Assembly: GCA_022605425.2 (NCBI GenBank) | Contig: JAKIMF020000007.1 | Coordinates: 1,302,001-1,366,000 of the forward strand | Direction of reading: 5' to 3' | DNA: 64,000 nucleotides | Origin: Hamiltosporidium tvaerminnensis FI-OER-3-3 | Lineage: Eukaryota > Fungi > Microsporidia | Part shown: positions 50,858 to 63,319 of the stretch, in pieces | Layout: each line of letters begins with the position of its first letter | Numbering within the stretch: the first letter of the stretch is position 1 | Notes under the pieces: model-generated | Database searches by the model: none | What the model saw: only the letters and a program-made list of their open reading frames with translations | Told to the model about the DNA's origin: nothing | Made by a program: the position numbers and the translations under genes

Positions 50858-52615
50858 ATGTCTTTTCTTGTGATTTTACAACTTATTACAAATTTTGGTA
50901 TATCAGCGACAGCACCACAAACACCACCTGTAGCACAACCACAATTGAATCAAGAGAAAGTTTGCAGTTTAGTAGCTACATTTGAGCAACAAGATCCTCT
51001 GACAAATAGAAACTTTCAATTGCTTTATTTGCCAACCATAGACTACAATTTAAACTGTGATATATCAATAATTATATCGGAAATGTTTCCAAATACAGAT
51101 TTTGATGCCGTTTTTAATAAAAAAATCGAGCCTTTGGTGAGATTTTATTTCAGTTATGCAATGAAAGTCACAGAGCAATATTGCCATGAATTTTTGAAAC
51201 GTTTTATTGCATTTGTTTGTTATTTAACGTATTTTGATGAATTTCTTAAAAAAATTGATCAACCGCATATTGAATTCTGCCCGAATATCGAACTTTTATA
51301 TAATATTGTCGCTTTCGCGGCTGCCTATAATCTTTCGAAAAGCAACAAGGAATTTGAGGAAAAATTTACCAAGTTTGAAATTAATACAATAATTTCCTTC
51401 GATAACAGTTTTCGATTAGGACGCGACTATGAACCCGAACGAAATGAAGAAGAAACTGAAGATTTTCTAAGAAGTAGAAGTATTTCTATAGGAATAAATG
51501 ATATAAATGCTGATATCGTAAATCAAAAAGATGTAGAATGTTTTTCGAAAGAAAAAACGGTTTTTTATGATATAAATACAAACAAATGGGCACATTTTAT
51601 CTTGACAAGTTCTTTTGAAAGATTGTTTAGTATGTTTATTACATTAAAACATATTGAATTCAATAGACCGGAATATTCGGATGACTATGGGTATTTGGGT
51701 AAAAAATGTAAACCAATATTTCTCGGTCTGTTTGTTTTTTTAGAAAAAACGGCAATTTGGATGCCTGATTTTTCATTTTTAACTTTAGAAATTGATGAGG
51801 TGAAAGCATTTTACAATAAGTTTTTAAATTTATATGATCCGACTGCAAATAGGGGTGATTTAGCCGTAGATGTTTTTATAGATGGTGTTTTGGATAAATC
51901 TATGGAAAAAAATACTAACGATGAATTTTTTTCACAAAGACTTATCAAACAGTGCTATGGTGATCTTTCGGCAGATGATTTAGAAAAAATGAGAAATTTC
52001 TTCAATATTATTTGTGGTATTAATAATAAGTATGAAATTTCAGTCATATCAGCACTTCTAAGTTTGAAAACAAGTTCAATTGTTACTTCGGATTTATATG
52101 AAAAAATAATTAGAATGGTTTTTGAAATGCTTTTTTATATTAAAACATACTCTGAAGTACAAATGAAATCTTATTTTGAACCAAAAATTAAAAGATGTGT
52201 ACATTTTGTAAAAAAAGAATTGATCGCTAAAGGATACAAATTTGATAACATAGAGGATCTCGCAGATATGAATAGAGAATATATTTCTGATACTGAATTA
52301 GAGGTTATCTGTAGAGCTGCAGTGTATTCGAATGGATTTCTCTTTTGTAAAAATTCATTTGCAATCGAAACTATCCAACTTCTTCCAAAACTTGCATATA
52401 CGGAAAGTTGGTTAAATGAGGCCATTTTAAGATTTATTACAACTGGGGAATCTTCGGAATATCCAATACACGAACCCATAATGGATAAAAACACCGTGAA
52501 GAAACAAAATCAAACAAATTGGTTTAGAATTGGTGTATTTACTGTTCTGTTGGGTTATACCATATCGTTAGTTATTTATTTATATTTCGTTATTCGATAT
52601 TTTTACAAAAGATGA
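50858..52615 (+). CDS. Type-I membrane (signal peptide + C-terminal TM) surface protein, paralogue of 59697-62156
   Basis: Long ORF with ATG at 50858 after GCCCCA. Signal-like MSFLVILQLITNFGISA, C-terminal TM IGVFTVLLGYTISLVIYLYFVI and a short basic tail. Confidence 0.9.
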   Translation: MSFLVILQLITNFGISATAPQTPPVAQPQLNQEKVCSLVATFEQQDPLTNRNFQLLYLPTIDYNLNCDISIIISEMFPNTDFDAVFNKKIEPLVRFYFSYAMKVTEQYCHEFLKRFIAFVCYLTYFDEFLKKIDQPHIEFCPNIELLYNIVAFAAAYNLSKSNKEFEEKFTKFEINTIISFDNSFRLGRDYEPERNEEETEDFLRSRSISIGINDINADIVNQKDVECFSKEKTVFYDINTNKWAHFILTSSFERLFSMFITLKHIEFNRPEYSDDYGYLGKKCKPIFLGLFVFLEKTAIWMPDFSFLTLEIDEVKAFYNKFLNLYDPTANRGDLAVDVFIDGVLDKSMEKNTNDEFFSQRLIKQCYGDLSADDLEKMRNFFNIICGINNKYEISVISALLSLKTSSIVTSDLYEKIIRMVFEMLFYIKTYSEVQMKSYFEPKIKRCVHFVKKELIAKGYKFDNIEDLADMNREYISDTELEVICRAAVYSNGFLFCKNSFAIETIQLLPKLAYTESWLNEAILRFITTGESSEYPIHEPIMDKNTVKKQNQTNWFRIGVFTVLLGYTISLVIYLYFVIRYFYKR

Positions 52616-54197
52616 TTTGTTAAATATTTATTATGAAGAGTAAAACAAGTATGTTCTAAAAAGTTTTTTTTTAATTGCGTGCTTATAGTATATTGTAGTT
52701 TTCTTTTTTTATCATTATAAATTACTTTCTAAATGTATTTTTTCTCATCAATAAAGAAAAAGATGCTATTTAGCTTTTAATTAGAATATTAACTATTTTT
52801 TGCATATATAGCATTTATTTGTTTATGCAATCAGCTATTTTCACGAATTTTTAAATACAAATAATATAAAATAAATGATTCGGAAACATTGGGCAATAAA
52901 AAGGAGTTGCGATATCTAGAATAACGTTTTTCTAAATGGCTACTTTCACTTTTCAATTTTTTTTTATATTGTTTAATAAAGATATTGTTAGTCGCATAAA
53001 AATGAACTAGCAGTTTAAATTACTCAATGGTTATTCATTCATATCTATTTCTTTTTTCTGTAGCCTCGAATTCCAAATAAAAATCTTATAAATGCTTAAA
53101 TGTCGATATTTTTGACTAAATATTTTGATTTAAAAATTATAAATTGATTCCCAAATTAGAAAAAAAAGTCAAATTCACATCATAGATATAATAGAAAGGA
53201 GAGAATATACAAAGACAGCAAATACCGAAAAATACCCTTTATGAAATAATTTTGAACATATGTAGACAAATTTGATTTAGATACCAAGTTTAAAATCATA
53301 AACCTAATATTTCTAAATTATCAAGCTTATTTTGACCAAAAAAAGTTTAGATGGCCCTACATTCAAGTAAATAGTACTTGGAAACACAAAGTGCCCAAAA
53401 AAATGTAAATTTAGTTCCTTAGATCTTTCATTTTTAAAATTTAATTGTTGTGTAATGCCAATCAAATTTCTACCTGAGTTTAATTTTGTTGACAGAAATT
53501 TAATCTTTAAATTTTCTAAAAGAAAAATTCATTTTGTATAAAGTTAAAGAATGTTTCTTTTATCGGATTAAAATATTTAATTGTTCCTAAAACCTTTTAG
53601 ATTTATAATTTTAGATAATAGTAAAGATTAGATAAAAATCATGAAGTAAGAATTCCTTCCCAAGATTTACTTCCAATATAGAAATAATAAACCCAATAGA
53701 TATAGATTTTAAGGATTCATTTGATTTTTAGTACAAGTATGGTGCGGAGATATTAACTGTGTAATTACTAAGACGATATTATTAAAATCTATCGTAAAAT
53801 ATGACATAAGACAACCGGTATACGAGTAATAATTGAAGTACAGGCTTTTAGATTTTAAATAAAAAAATTCGGAATATTTTCTTTGAATAGGTAAAGAGTT
53901 TCGAGTCAAGACTAAATGCTGGTGAGAGAAGAGATGTATTGAAATATGTTATTTAAGGAGTTAAATACAAAGAAAAGCTATACATCTATTAAAAAATGCC
54001 AATGAAAAGTGAAAATATCAATCAAAAAAACACCAAAATTAAAGAACCTTAAGATGTAGATAAAATATTACAAATCGAATTATTGGCTTAAAAGATAGAA
54101 AATAAAACTTACAAAAAACTAAAATAAAGCAAGATATCAACATGAAAAATGACTTGGTAATAAATGTCACGGGCCAATAAACCCCCCTCCCATGTCC

Positions 54198-54330
54198 GAT
54201 AGAACCCCCATTATTTCCTATATACCCCCCCCCTTATTTTCTAATAATTTATATACAGACACCCTTTATTTTCTGGTGATTTATAGAACCCCCGTTATTT
54301 CTAATGATTTATAGAACCCCTTTATTTTCA
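54198..54330 (+). repeat. Subterminal direct repeats of the Ginger element
   Basis: Five units of the type ATAGAACCCC(C/T)TTATTT(T)C. Confidence 0.75.
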
Positions 54331-54542
54331 TATATTTTACCTAAAGCCCATATATTTGAAAAAAAGGAAGTGATTTTTTGTCTAAATATAATATGGGTCG
54401 CTTTAAAAAATGCATTTTAGTTTTTAACTTGAATTTCCCGCCAAAAAAAAATATTTCAAGTTTTGCCAGAATATAAAGTAAAACTTAAATAATAATACTA
54501 AAACAATAAAAAATGCTTTTTATAAATACAATGTAAACGAAA

Positions 54543-55913
54543 TTAAATACGTTTTAGTACGCCTCTAAAAACTATTCTTGTGTCACCATTATTTTTTTTT
54601 ACTTCAATCATGTTGTTCATCAAAATAGCGGTAACTGTAAAAACCGAACTATCGTAAAAGAATCAAAAGGTACTCTTTTAGTTTTAGTATTCATATCGAA
54701 GTCTTTTTTTTATCAAAACTTGATCTCCAATGTACAAATCTATCTTGAGTTTATTTGAATTTGTTGCTTTCTATAATTCTTTCTCTATAATTTTTAAAAT
54801 GCTTAGCTACATCCGAACGAATCTTACTATCGATTTCAAGATCATAAGCTATCACAGTGGTTGTGGTGGTTACCGTTTCGGTAAATTCTTCATGTACATC
54901 CGAAGCAATTTCTAGGTCCTTTGTGTATCAGCTGCATTTTCACCGACTAAAACTATATCAGGATCTATATCAATAGCAGGCACTATCGTACTGGGTTCGT
55001 TTTTAACTAGTATGCTTCTAGAAAGTGGATTGTTAAAACCTGGTTGTCCGAAGAAAAGCATAAATGGAGATTTGTTTGTTACACCATGTATTCTTCTGTT
55101 ATATGCACAAACAACATTATTAATATGTTCCTTCTACATTCTTCGATCTGTTTCATGCAATTTCTTCCCGACCAACTTTTTATAGTTTGATTTACACGTT
55201 CCACTTGGCCTTGCGTCTTTTTATTTCGTGGTCTTCTATGTATAATTTTGACGTTAAGATCTGTTAAAAAGGTTTTAAGTAGTGTATTTTTAAACTCTTG
55301 ACCGTTATCGGATTGTATTGCCACCGGAACTTGGAAGTTGTCAAATAAAAATTTTAATAAATGATTTACATATTCCGAGGTTTTATTAATCAGCTTAACG
55401 CTCCAGAGATGTTTTGTGAATGTGTCGATATCATCAAGAATCCAGCTATATTGATCATTTTGATCGGCATATCCCATGAGATCTACATAATCCACCATAA
55501 AAAGATCATATTTTTGGTAATATGATTTATATATATTCGCTGAACTGTTTTCAGAGAATTAAATCGACTACATGCTTCACATTCTTTTACATACTCTTTT
55601 ATATATTCCTTGGGAATTCCATAGTATTTTTGTGCAATCAAAGCCATCATTTTATTTACTCCGATGTGTGCAACAGCATGCTTTATTTGAATAATTTGTT
55701 TAATCAATGCAGTTTTAAATCCAAAAACGGCTCTTATTAGATGATCGCGTCTTCTAAAACAAATATCATCTCCGAGCAAAGTAAAATGTTTTGACTTCTG
55801 CCTCAACAACCTCTTTTCCTCTTTGGAATTCGCAGTTGGATACTGACCGGTTTTTAAATATGCAGTAAGAATTTCTTTTTCTTGACTTTTTTATAACTTA
55901 CAACGTTTTGCAT
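54543..55913 (-). pseudogene. Frameshifted DDE integrase/transposase (H2C2 zinc finger + rve core)
   Basis: HAVAHIG...CEAC zinc finger in ORF 55483-55809. VDLM, IDTFTK, QSDNGQEF and GQVERVNQTIK in ORF 55079-55498 (a different frame). C-terminal GDQVLIK...VLKRI* ends at 54543. Confidence 0.9.
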
Positions 55914-58049
55914 TTTGGTTACATTATATTTTTATATATACATAAACTAAATACTTAGAAAAAAAACAAATAATAGGAAAGCATTAAATGAATTTATACA
56001 CAATGTTATGTTGTTTAGTGCCTGTATCAAGATTTACAACGAATTTTTGCCTTAAAAATACTAACAAATGCAAAAAACCGAAAAAGCAAAAAAAGAACTG
56101 AAAAGAAAAATATAAATTTTATTGGATATTTTATTCATAATTAACACATCCATTTGTTTGTACAAAAGAAATATTAAGAAAGAATGGATAAGAAATATTG
56201 GAAAGGAAACTAAAATAAGAAGATGTATAGGAATAACGTAATAAATGGATTATAAAAATATAGGAATTAAAGGGCTATATGAAAATAAAGGGTGTTATCA
56301 AGATTAAAAATGTATTGAAAATAATGGGGGTTCTATTGGACATGGGGGGTTTATTGGCCCGTGAGATTGTTTATTTACTTTATTTTCAAACTAAAAAGAA
56401 ACGTTAGTGAAGCAAGAAGCCGGGTCAAAAAATTATGTTTTTTAAAAAATTTCTCGTCTTTTTATTTTTTCAAAAAAACATCTTAATTAGACTATATATT
56501 TATGCGTGAGGCCTGCGAGTAGCTAGAGATTATGTTTTTAAAATATAAAAGCTTAAATTTATGTGAATCTCGAAACTCTAATAATGAGTTGGTTATACTT
56601 TAAAATTATTAAGTACATAGTTTAAATATAAATAAAGCATTGTTTGAAATCTCCGTTTTCTGTTCCTAAATATTTTATATGTTTAACTTGCGTTTTAAAT
56701 TAAAAAAACAACTAGAAACTGAGACAATATCGTTTTTCATTATTAAATCGATACTTAAACAACTTTTGGTGTAAAGAACTACTCGAAACCAATATATCCA
56801 CGCAATATAAATATAAGCCAATGAAGCAAAGCCATTGTGGCAAAAACAATTCTAGAATATAAATACAAACCAACAAAATATCAAAATTGATAAAATAAAT
56901 ATATACAACTCTTTCACTTTAAAAATACTCAATTTATTCATGACAATTGAAGGGTGAGCAAAAGAACTATCTCTTTAATAGAGACTTACAGAAAACTTAG
57001 CTGCTTCGCAAAAAAATATAGCACTAATAATAATACTATTATTCATATTCTCACCTGATAAAATAAAAAATTTGAGATTATAGATTTAAAAAAAAATTAA
57101 AAGCAAGTTAGTAGATTAGATTTAAAACAAGTATATTTAAAACAGCAAGATATACGTTAATGCGCAATAAATATATGATTCTTTATTTTTCGGTAGCTAA
57201 TTCAGAATTTTAAAGGTATATTCGAAGGTTTATAAAAACTCTAGAAAAGTTTTGTAAATAGTGTTTGTAAATTTTTTTGTAAGTCGTATGAAAAATAAGA
57301 TAAATACTGAAAGCTAGTTTATAATAGTAAAGATAAATATCGAAAGGTAAAAATATTCTAGTGATTCTAAATCAAAGATAAATTATAATTTAAATGTTTA
57401 GAATACCTAGGTTACTTAAATTCGTAAAAGGCAAGATGTAATATATAGATAACATAAAAAACTTCTCAATACCAAGAATAAGGAAAATCAAGAACTAAAC
57501 AAAACTATATTTTGAATCAAATTTTTCCACAAAAGTCACAACTATAATTTAAATCGAAAATCGCAAAAAATAGGAATAAAAAAAACTTAATATTATAAAT
57601 TAAAATAAACCTGAAATTATTTAAAGTTATCTCTAGTGTTTATAGTAGCGGAAATTTTCTTACTGAAATATGATGTTTTTTGAATACTTTATCTGTCCAA
57701 CTAACTCCAGAAAGTTTTTAACTTAAAAAATGATGACAAAAAATTGACTATGTTAGTTTTAAAAATTGTCTTATACTAGAAGTTTAACAATACTGTAATG
57801 TCATTCTAAATAAGTTTTTAGGATTAATAATTTAAGATCTTCCAAAATTCGAAGTTCAAATATTTAACGAGCTTGCTCGCGCTTCGATGCGATAATAAAA
57901 TGAAGTAAATGGCAAGAAAAATATATTTAAAAAAAACTAAAAAGCTAGTAATTTATTGATTTAATCAATTTATTCAAGAGCTCAAGATACACAAATAGTT
58001 GTTTTTTGTATGTTTGACGGGTTTAAGAATAGATCGGTGTGGTTGATCT

Positions 58050-58900
58050 AAATTTGATTCTACCATATAGAGTTTCGATCAAGAGAAAGACAGTTCCCCA
58101 AAATATATTCATTTAACCCAAAGAGAATGTATTTGTGGTTTGTTTAATGTCATTGCAAAAAAATCTCTCTAAAAACCGTAACCATAGAAATTTAACTGGC
58201 GTATGTGTTAGAACATTGAGATGCGTAGTAATAGTATACCCCATATTTTGAATTTTCTCTTAAAATCGTATCTTCTATTATATCTTGTGGTTTTTTTGCC
58301 TGATTTCATGTGCCGTTGCAAAGTTGAGCGTGATTTGTGTTTCATAGAAGAATATCTACACTCTAATTTTATTGTTTAAATGAGCAGTCAATACTGAACA
58401 ATCTTTAGAATTATATCTTTCTTTTAGCTAATTGACAAATTCTTCTTGATGTTTCACGGCATAATTTACTTATTTGTTCTCACTTGGCAAAAATGAACAT
58501 TTCTTTGAAATTTGTATACTTTAAAAGCATTGCATCAGTGCTTAAAATTTGATTTGCGGCGAAATACTTATGAGTATGTGATTTACAGTATATTTTGCAA
58601 ACCATTGAAATAAATTAATCTCTAGTATATGTCACCTTACAAGAGTTTGCTCGAAATATGATACACCTCTAAATCTTTCGAACCATCTTTCAATCATAAA
58701 TATTCAGCAATTTTTTCATAAACATTCATGGATTTATCATCCGAAGTTGACCACGCATAGCTGATTTTGAGGTTAATTTGTTTATATTTTGCAAAAACTG
58801 ATAATTTATGACATGCATTTAGGACATCTGCCATTGATTAACAAGGAATAACTGGAAGAGCTTAGCGAAAATCACTCTGTAATAAAATATGTGTTGCAAT
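58050..58900 (-). pseudogene. Possible decayed Mutator-like (MULE) transposase
   Basis: ALM/NAFK (~58520-58541) followed by HFCQV (58481-58495) recalls the MULE DFExAxxNA...CxFHxxQ region. Otherwise heavily broken. Confidence 0.3.
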
Positions 58901-59289
58901 AAAAGACGGTCTTTCCCGCATAATTCTTGTGCTCCATAATTAAGCGCAGCGAAAGCATTTTATGTCTTAGAATACATTTATACTATATAAGAAATTTATA
59001 TTTTTAAATATCTTTCTTATTTCGTAAAATTTTGATGTATAGCATGTTTTTAGCTGGTTTCAAATCAATAGCCATATTATGCAGAATGTGTTGTTTGAAG
59101 AATATCTGAAAGAAGTGTCGCAGTTCCAAAATTATGAGAAAGAATATAGAATTGAGATAAAAAATAAAACAGATTTAGATCCTACTTATGTATCATTAAA
59201 CTCAATTTAAACTTTTATACAAACCAAAACGATACTCTTTCTAATTTCTGATTACTTAAAATCATCCTAATAGCATCACAATATATTAA

Positions 59290-59420
59290 AGACCCTTTAA
59301 TTTAGTATATTAATTCAATAATACCCTCGAATCCACTACTCTTTATATTAACACACCTTTAAAACACTACACTGATATTAACACCTTATTATAATTATAT
59401 CATAATAAAACCCTTTATAT
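59290..59420 (+). repeat. Degenerate AACACCC/ACCCTTTA array downstream of the 59.7-kb gene
   Basis: GACCCTTTAA, ATACCCTC, TAACACACCTTTAA, TAACACCTT and AACCCTTTA at about 30-nt spacing. Confidence 0.6.
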
Positions 59421-59696
59421 AAAAAATAACACAATTTATATTTACAAAAAGATTTTTTATTTAATAAAATTCTGGGTTAAAATATTTTTACCATTTTTAT
59501 GTTTTCTTCTACCTCTTTTACAAAAAGACATCATTATAAAAAAATAGACTCTTTATTCCCAGTATTAAAATACACATATTGATAGATACAATTATATAAT
59601 ATAGATAAATATAAATTTTTGCAAGTTTTAAAAAACTTTAAAAGAAATAAATAAAATATTAAATAATAAAAAAAAATTCAAGTCAACGGTTTATTT

Positions 59697-62156
59697 TTAT
59701 TTGTAGAAATATAAGATTATTACTACCAAACCAGCGGTAAAAAAAAGGAAAGCCGAAAATATATAAAGGAAATACGTTTTTAGATCGGATCTTTTCGACA
59801 TTTTTGATTCCGGTCTTTGCTCCGGTGTTGTTGTTGGTGTTGGTGTTGGTGGTGTTGTTGGTGTTGGTGTTGGTGTTGTTTCTCGTGATACTCCTATTGT
59901 TTGTCTTTGTGTTGGTCCTTGTGTTGTTGGTGTTGTTAGTGGTGGTGTTGTTGGTCCTTGTGTTGTTCCTCGTGATACTCCTATTGTTGGTCCTCCTGTT
60001 GTTCCTCGTGATACTCCTATTGTTTGTCTTTGTGTTGTTGGTGTTGTTGGTGTTGTTGGTCCTCCTGTTGTTCCTCGTGATACTCCTATTGTTGGTCCTC
60101 CTGTTGTTCCTCGTGATACTCCTATTGTTGGTCCTCCTGTTGTTCCTCGTGATACTCCTATTGTTTGTCTTTGTGTTGGTCCTTGTGTTGTTGGTGTTGG
60201 TGTTGTTGGTCCTCCTGTTGTTCCTCGTGATACTCCTATTGTTGGTCCTCCTGTTGTTCCTCGTGATACTCCTATTGTTTGTCTTTGTGTTGGTCCTTGT
60301 GTTGTTGGTGTTGTTGGTGTTGGACCTTGTGTTGGTCCTTGTGATGTTTCTCGTAATACTCCTATTGTTTGTCTTTGTGTTGGTCCTTGTGATGTTAGTG
60401 GTGGACCTTGTGTTGTTTCTCGTGATACTCCTGCTGTTAGTCCTTGTGATAATCCCAGTGTTGGTCCTTTTTTTGGTTCTCCTGTTGGTCCCTGTGTTGA
60501 TCTTTCTGTTGTTAGTATTTTTTGGGCCCCATTTTGGGGATTTTTCGGGTCCAACACTTTCTCCAGGTTTTTCGATAAAGGTTTGCCGAAGAGCAATTTT
60601 ATTTCTTCCAGACGAAGCCCTGAAGTTTCCTTCAGGAAAACATATTTAAGATATTCGTTCTTTATTTCTTCAACATTTATGGGGCGTTTTTTTCCTTCAG
60701 GCATTATTTTAATCATTTCGTTGGTTAAGTAGGTCTTAAAATTATCATTAGAAAAAAACTCAATAAACCCGTATATTTCCAATAAAATTGATGTTTCGGG
60801 TACTTTTTCACAATCCAAATATTCACCTTCAGCGTTATCAGCATATTCTATATTTTGAATATTAACCGCTTTTTTCAAATTATCAATGTTATTCTTCCTA
60901 TACATTTTTATATTTTTTACATTTTCATCCGTTTCAAATTCTTTTTTTAAAACATCCGCAAGGAATAAAAATTCAATGATGATTCTTGGAATATTATTTT
61001 TGTCTAAAGTTTCTTTTCTGAGACATAAAGCCTTTAAACATAATACTGCAGAAATATATTTATGATATTCTTCTTTTGTTATTTTTTTCAAAAAATCATA
61101 TAAATTTTTTATATAAGTTACATCGGATTCTTCACATAAAATTTCTAGGAATGCCCTGGGGAAGTTGCGATCTCCTTGTGTATTTTGAAAATTGATATGA
61201 TTTTCATTGAAATTAAATATTTCATCAACTCTGCTTTGATCATTTAAAACCTTTGCCACAATTTTCTCAGAAATAAATTGTATAATCACTTTATACTGTT
61301 GATCATTAAACATACAATTCATGTTTCTTATTAATATTTCAACTGAATTTTTCATCTGAGAAACACAACCACGTTTATCCCGGTTCAAATAGTAATTTAA
61401 ATGAAAGGATTCGGGCAATGAGAAATCATATACACAATTATTAACGTTATTAGACACAACTTCATAAAAATAATACCTTTTAAAATATCCCAAAAAACCA
61501 AAAAAATTTTCGAATGTTGCATTTGATAAGATGCGTTTTAAATATGGTTCAGAATTTCCATCAAATATTATTTTTGTTTTTTTTAAGACTTCTAGATCAG
61601 TTTGATCCCCTTTGTTAAAACTCTCTAATATCACTGGAGCAAAAGCCTTATATTTATATTTGAAGTATTCCTGAAAATTTTCAGCCTCAAACCCCCTAGT
61701 TTTAGCCGATAATAAACGCTTGAATATTTTTTTTACAATATTATTATATTCTTCATTTTCTTTATACATCTCAACAAATCTTCCAAAGCAAATCAGATTA
61801 AAAAGAAGTTCTGGATGATATGCTTTATATTCTTCTTCGCTGCAATAATTATAAACAATACAACAAATTATAGCTGTAAAATGTCTTAAGAAGGGATGAA
61901 GTTCTTTCATGGTATAATCTTTTATTTTGTTGAAATAACAACTTGCAATTTTGAGAATTTGATCTTTGTCTTTGCAATTTTCTCCTTTTAAAATTTCGTT
62001 AATACTTTCTTTTACTTCGCTGTTATCATCTGTTATGCCATCATACGAAATTCTCATACAACACATTTCGTCTGTATTCGTTGGATCTCCCCGAATAGCG
62101 TTAGAGTTATTTTCCGGTGGTGACGCTGCTATGCAAAAAAAAATATGAAAAAACAT
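59697..62156 (-). CDS. Type-I membrane surface protein with Thr/Pro/Gly-rich mucin-like stalk
   Basis: Long ORF with first ATG at 62156 (MFFHIFFCIAAS, signal-like). A ~540-aa globular part is followed by repeats TTGGPTIGVSRG / TTQGPTQRQ and a C-terminal TM YFLYIFSAFLFFTAGLVVIILYF. AATAAA overlaps the stop. Confidence 0.92.
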   Translation of the reverse strand: MFFHIFFCIAASPPENNSNAIRGDPTNTDEMCCMRISYDGITDDNSEVKESINEILKGENCKDKDQILKIASCYFNKIKDYTMKELHPFLRHFTAIICCIVYNYCSEEEYKAYHPELLFNLICFGRFVEMYKENEEYNNIVKKIFKRLLSAKTRGFEAENFQEYFKYKYKAFAPVILESFNKGDQTDLEVLKKTKIIFDGNSEPYLKRILSNATFENFFGFLGYFKRYYFYEVVSNNVNNCVYDFSLPESFHLNYYLNRDKRGCVSQMKNSVEILIRNMNCMFNDQQYKVIIQFISEKIVAKVLNDQSRVDEIFNFNENHINFQNTQGDRNFPRAFLEILCEESDVTYIKNLYDFLKKITKEEYHKYISAVLCLKALCLRKETLDKNNIPRIIIEFLFLADVLKKEFETDENVKNIKMYRKNNIDNLKKAVNIQNIEYADNAEGEYLDCEKVPETSILLEIYGFIEFFSNDNFKTYLTNEMIKIMPEGKKRPINVEEIKNEYLKYVFLKETSGLRLEEIKLLFGKPLSKNLEKVLDPKNPQNGAQKILTTERSTQGPTGEPKKGPTLGLSQGLTAGVSRETTQGPPLTSQGPTQRQTIGVLRETSQGPTQGPTPTTPTTQGPTQRQTIGVSRGTTGGPTIGVSRGTTGGPTTPTPTTQGPTQRQTIGVSRGTTGGPTIGVSRGTTGGPTIGVSRGTTGGPTTPTTPTTQRQTIGVSRGTTGGPTIGVSRGTTQGPTTPPLTTPTTQGPTQRQTIGVSRETTPTPTPTTPPTPTPTTTPEQRPESKMSKRSDLKTYFLYIFSAFLFFTAGLVVIILYFYK
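59820..60500 (-). repeat. Coding tandem repeats (mucin-like)
   Basis: Modular 36-nt units (GGTCCTCCTGTTGTTCCTCGTGATACTCCTATTGTT) and longer composite units. Confidence 0.95.
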
Positions 62157-63319
62157 GAAATAAATTTTTTTTTCTATTATATATTCAGCAATTAACCAAA
62201 AAAACACAGATTATTTCGATCGGTAATAATTTACAAAATATTTTAGAATTACTTTTTAAAGTAAATTAACACGTTTTTTAATTGGTCATTTGAAAAAAAA
62301 ATATCAAATAATTTTTAAGTTTGATCAATATGATTTTTATTTTTTTATTTATTATTTAAAATTTATGTTCAAACCAATAAATTTATTTATTTTTATATTT
62401 TTTTCAAAAAAAAGAATGTTCTACAAACAGCAGAAATGTACGTTTAGATGCATTCATATTCCTGTTATACACCAATGATAAGAATTTGCCATTACAAGAC
62501 TTAAAATCACCAACCACTAGATGTTTATGAAATTATCAGAATGATGGATACTCCTATACAAAATTAATCAGAAAAGTTAGATTTAAATAATATCGCTCTA
62601 AAGGAGAGAAGGAAAAAAATAAAGTGCATCTGAAACCGGAATAAAAGCAAAAATGAATATATTTAACTTTTAACATTAGATATCTTTAACACAATAAGTA
62701 AATAAAATTCTTAAACAAGAAAGCACTGCTACCATTAAATCATTTTTTTTTATAAATTAAACGTTTTTGTCATAATGAAAACCATTATTTAAATTTTATA
62801 TAAAACCATAAATTTTATTTTTTTGTTTATCGAGTGTAACGTTTAACAGTAATTTTATCTATTTTAAATAATATTAAAACAATTAATTCTACGCTTTAAT
62901 ATTTTTATTTAACCAAAGATCTTTACAAAGTTCAATTCATTAAATTGTGCATCTCTTTTATTTACAAACAAACTAGTTCACCCGGCGAGTGTTACTATGA
63001 TAATGAAAGATAGATTCAAGAATAAAAAAAACAAAAAATAAATTGGTTTAGGAATTTGATTAGTATTTATATATTTTTAAGTGCTTTTGAATATTAATAT
63101 TCTTTGTTTTTGGTATGGTGTCTAAACGGAAAAATTTTAATGCTTGAAGTGGCTACATAGAGTTATTATCTGAAAAGCAAGTGTTAATCAAAACTATTCT
63201 ACATATTACAGCATTTAGTCGCTTAGATTTTATTGTCTTACCAAAGATGAGTAGCAAAGAAACTTACATTTTTAATTTCTTATACGTTGGAACCGTTTTA
63301 ATGTGTGGGAAAAGTAAAA

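Larger units (their letters stand above)
54165..56366 (-). mobile_element. Ginger-type (Ginger2/TDD-like) DNA transposon with ~50-bp terminal inverted repeats
   Basis: Left end TGTCACGGGCCAATAAACCCCCCTCCCATGTCCGATAGAACCCCCATTATTT is inverted at the right end (AAATAATGGGGGTTCTATTGGACATGGGGGGTTTATTGGCCCGTGAGA). Encloses a retroviral-type integrase with no RT or gag. Confidence 0.88.

Noticed and set aside
59804-60649. 281-aa Val/Leu-rich plus-strand ORF
   Set aside because: Antisense shadow of the Thr/Pro/Gly repeat in the real minus-strand gene; the repeats happen to lack stops.
62971-62995. Helitron-like terminus ACTAGTTCACCCGGCG
   Set aside because: No second copy and no partner end or hairpin found.
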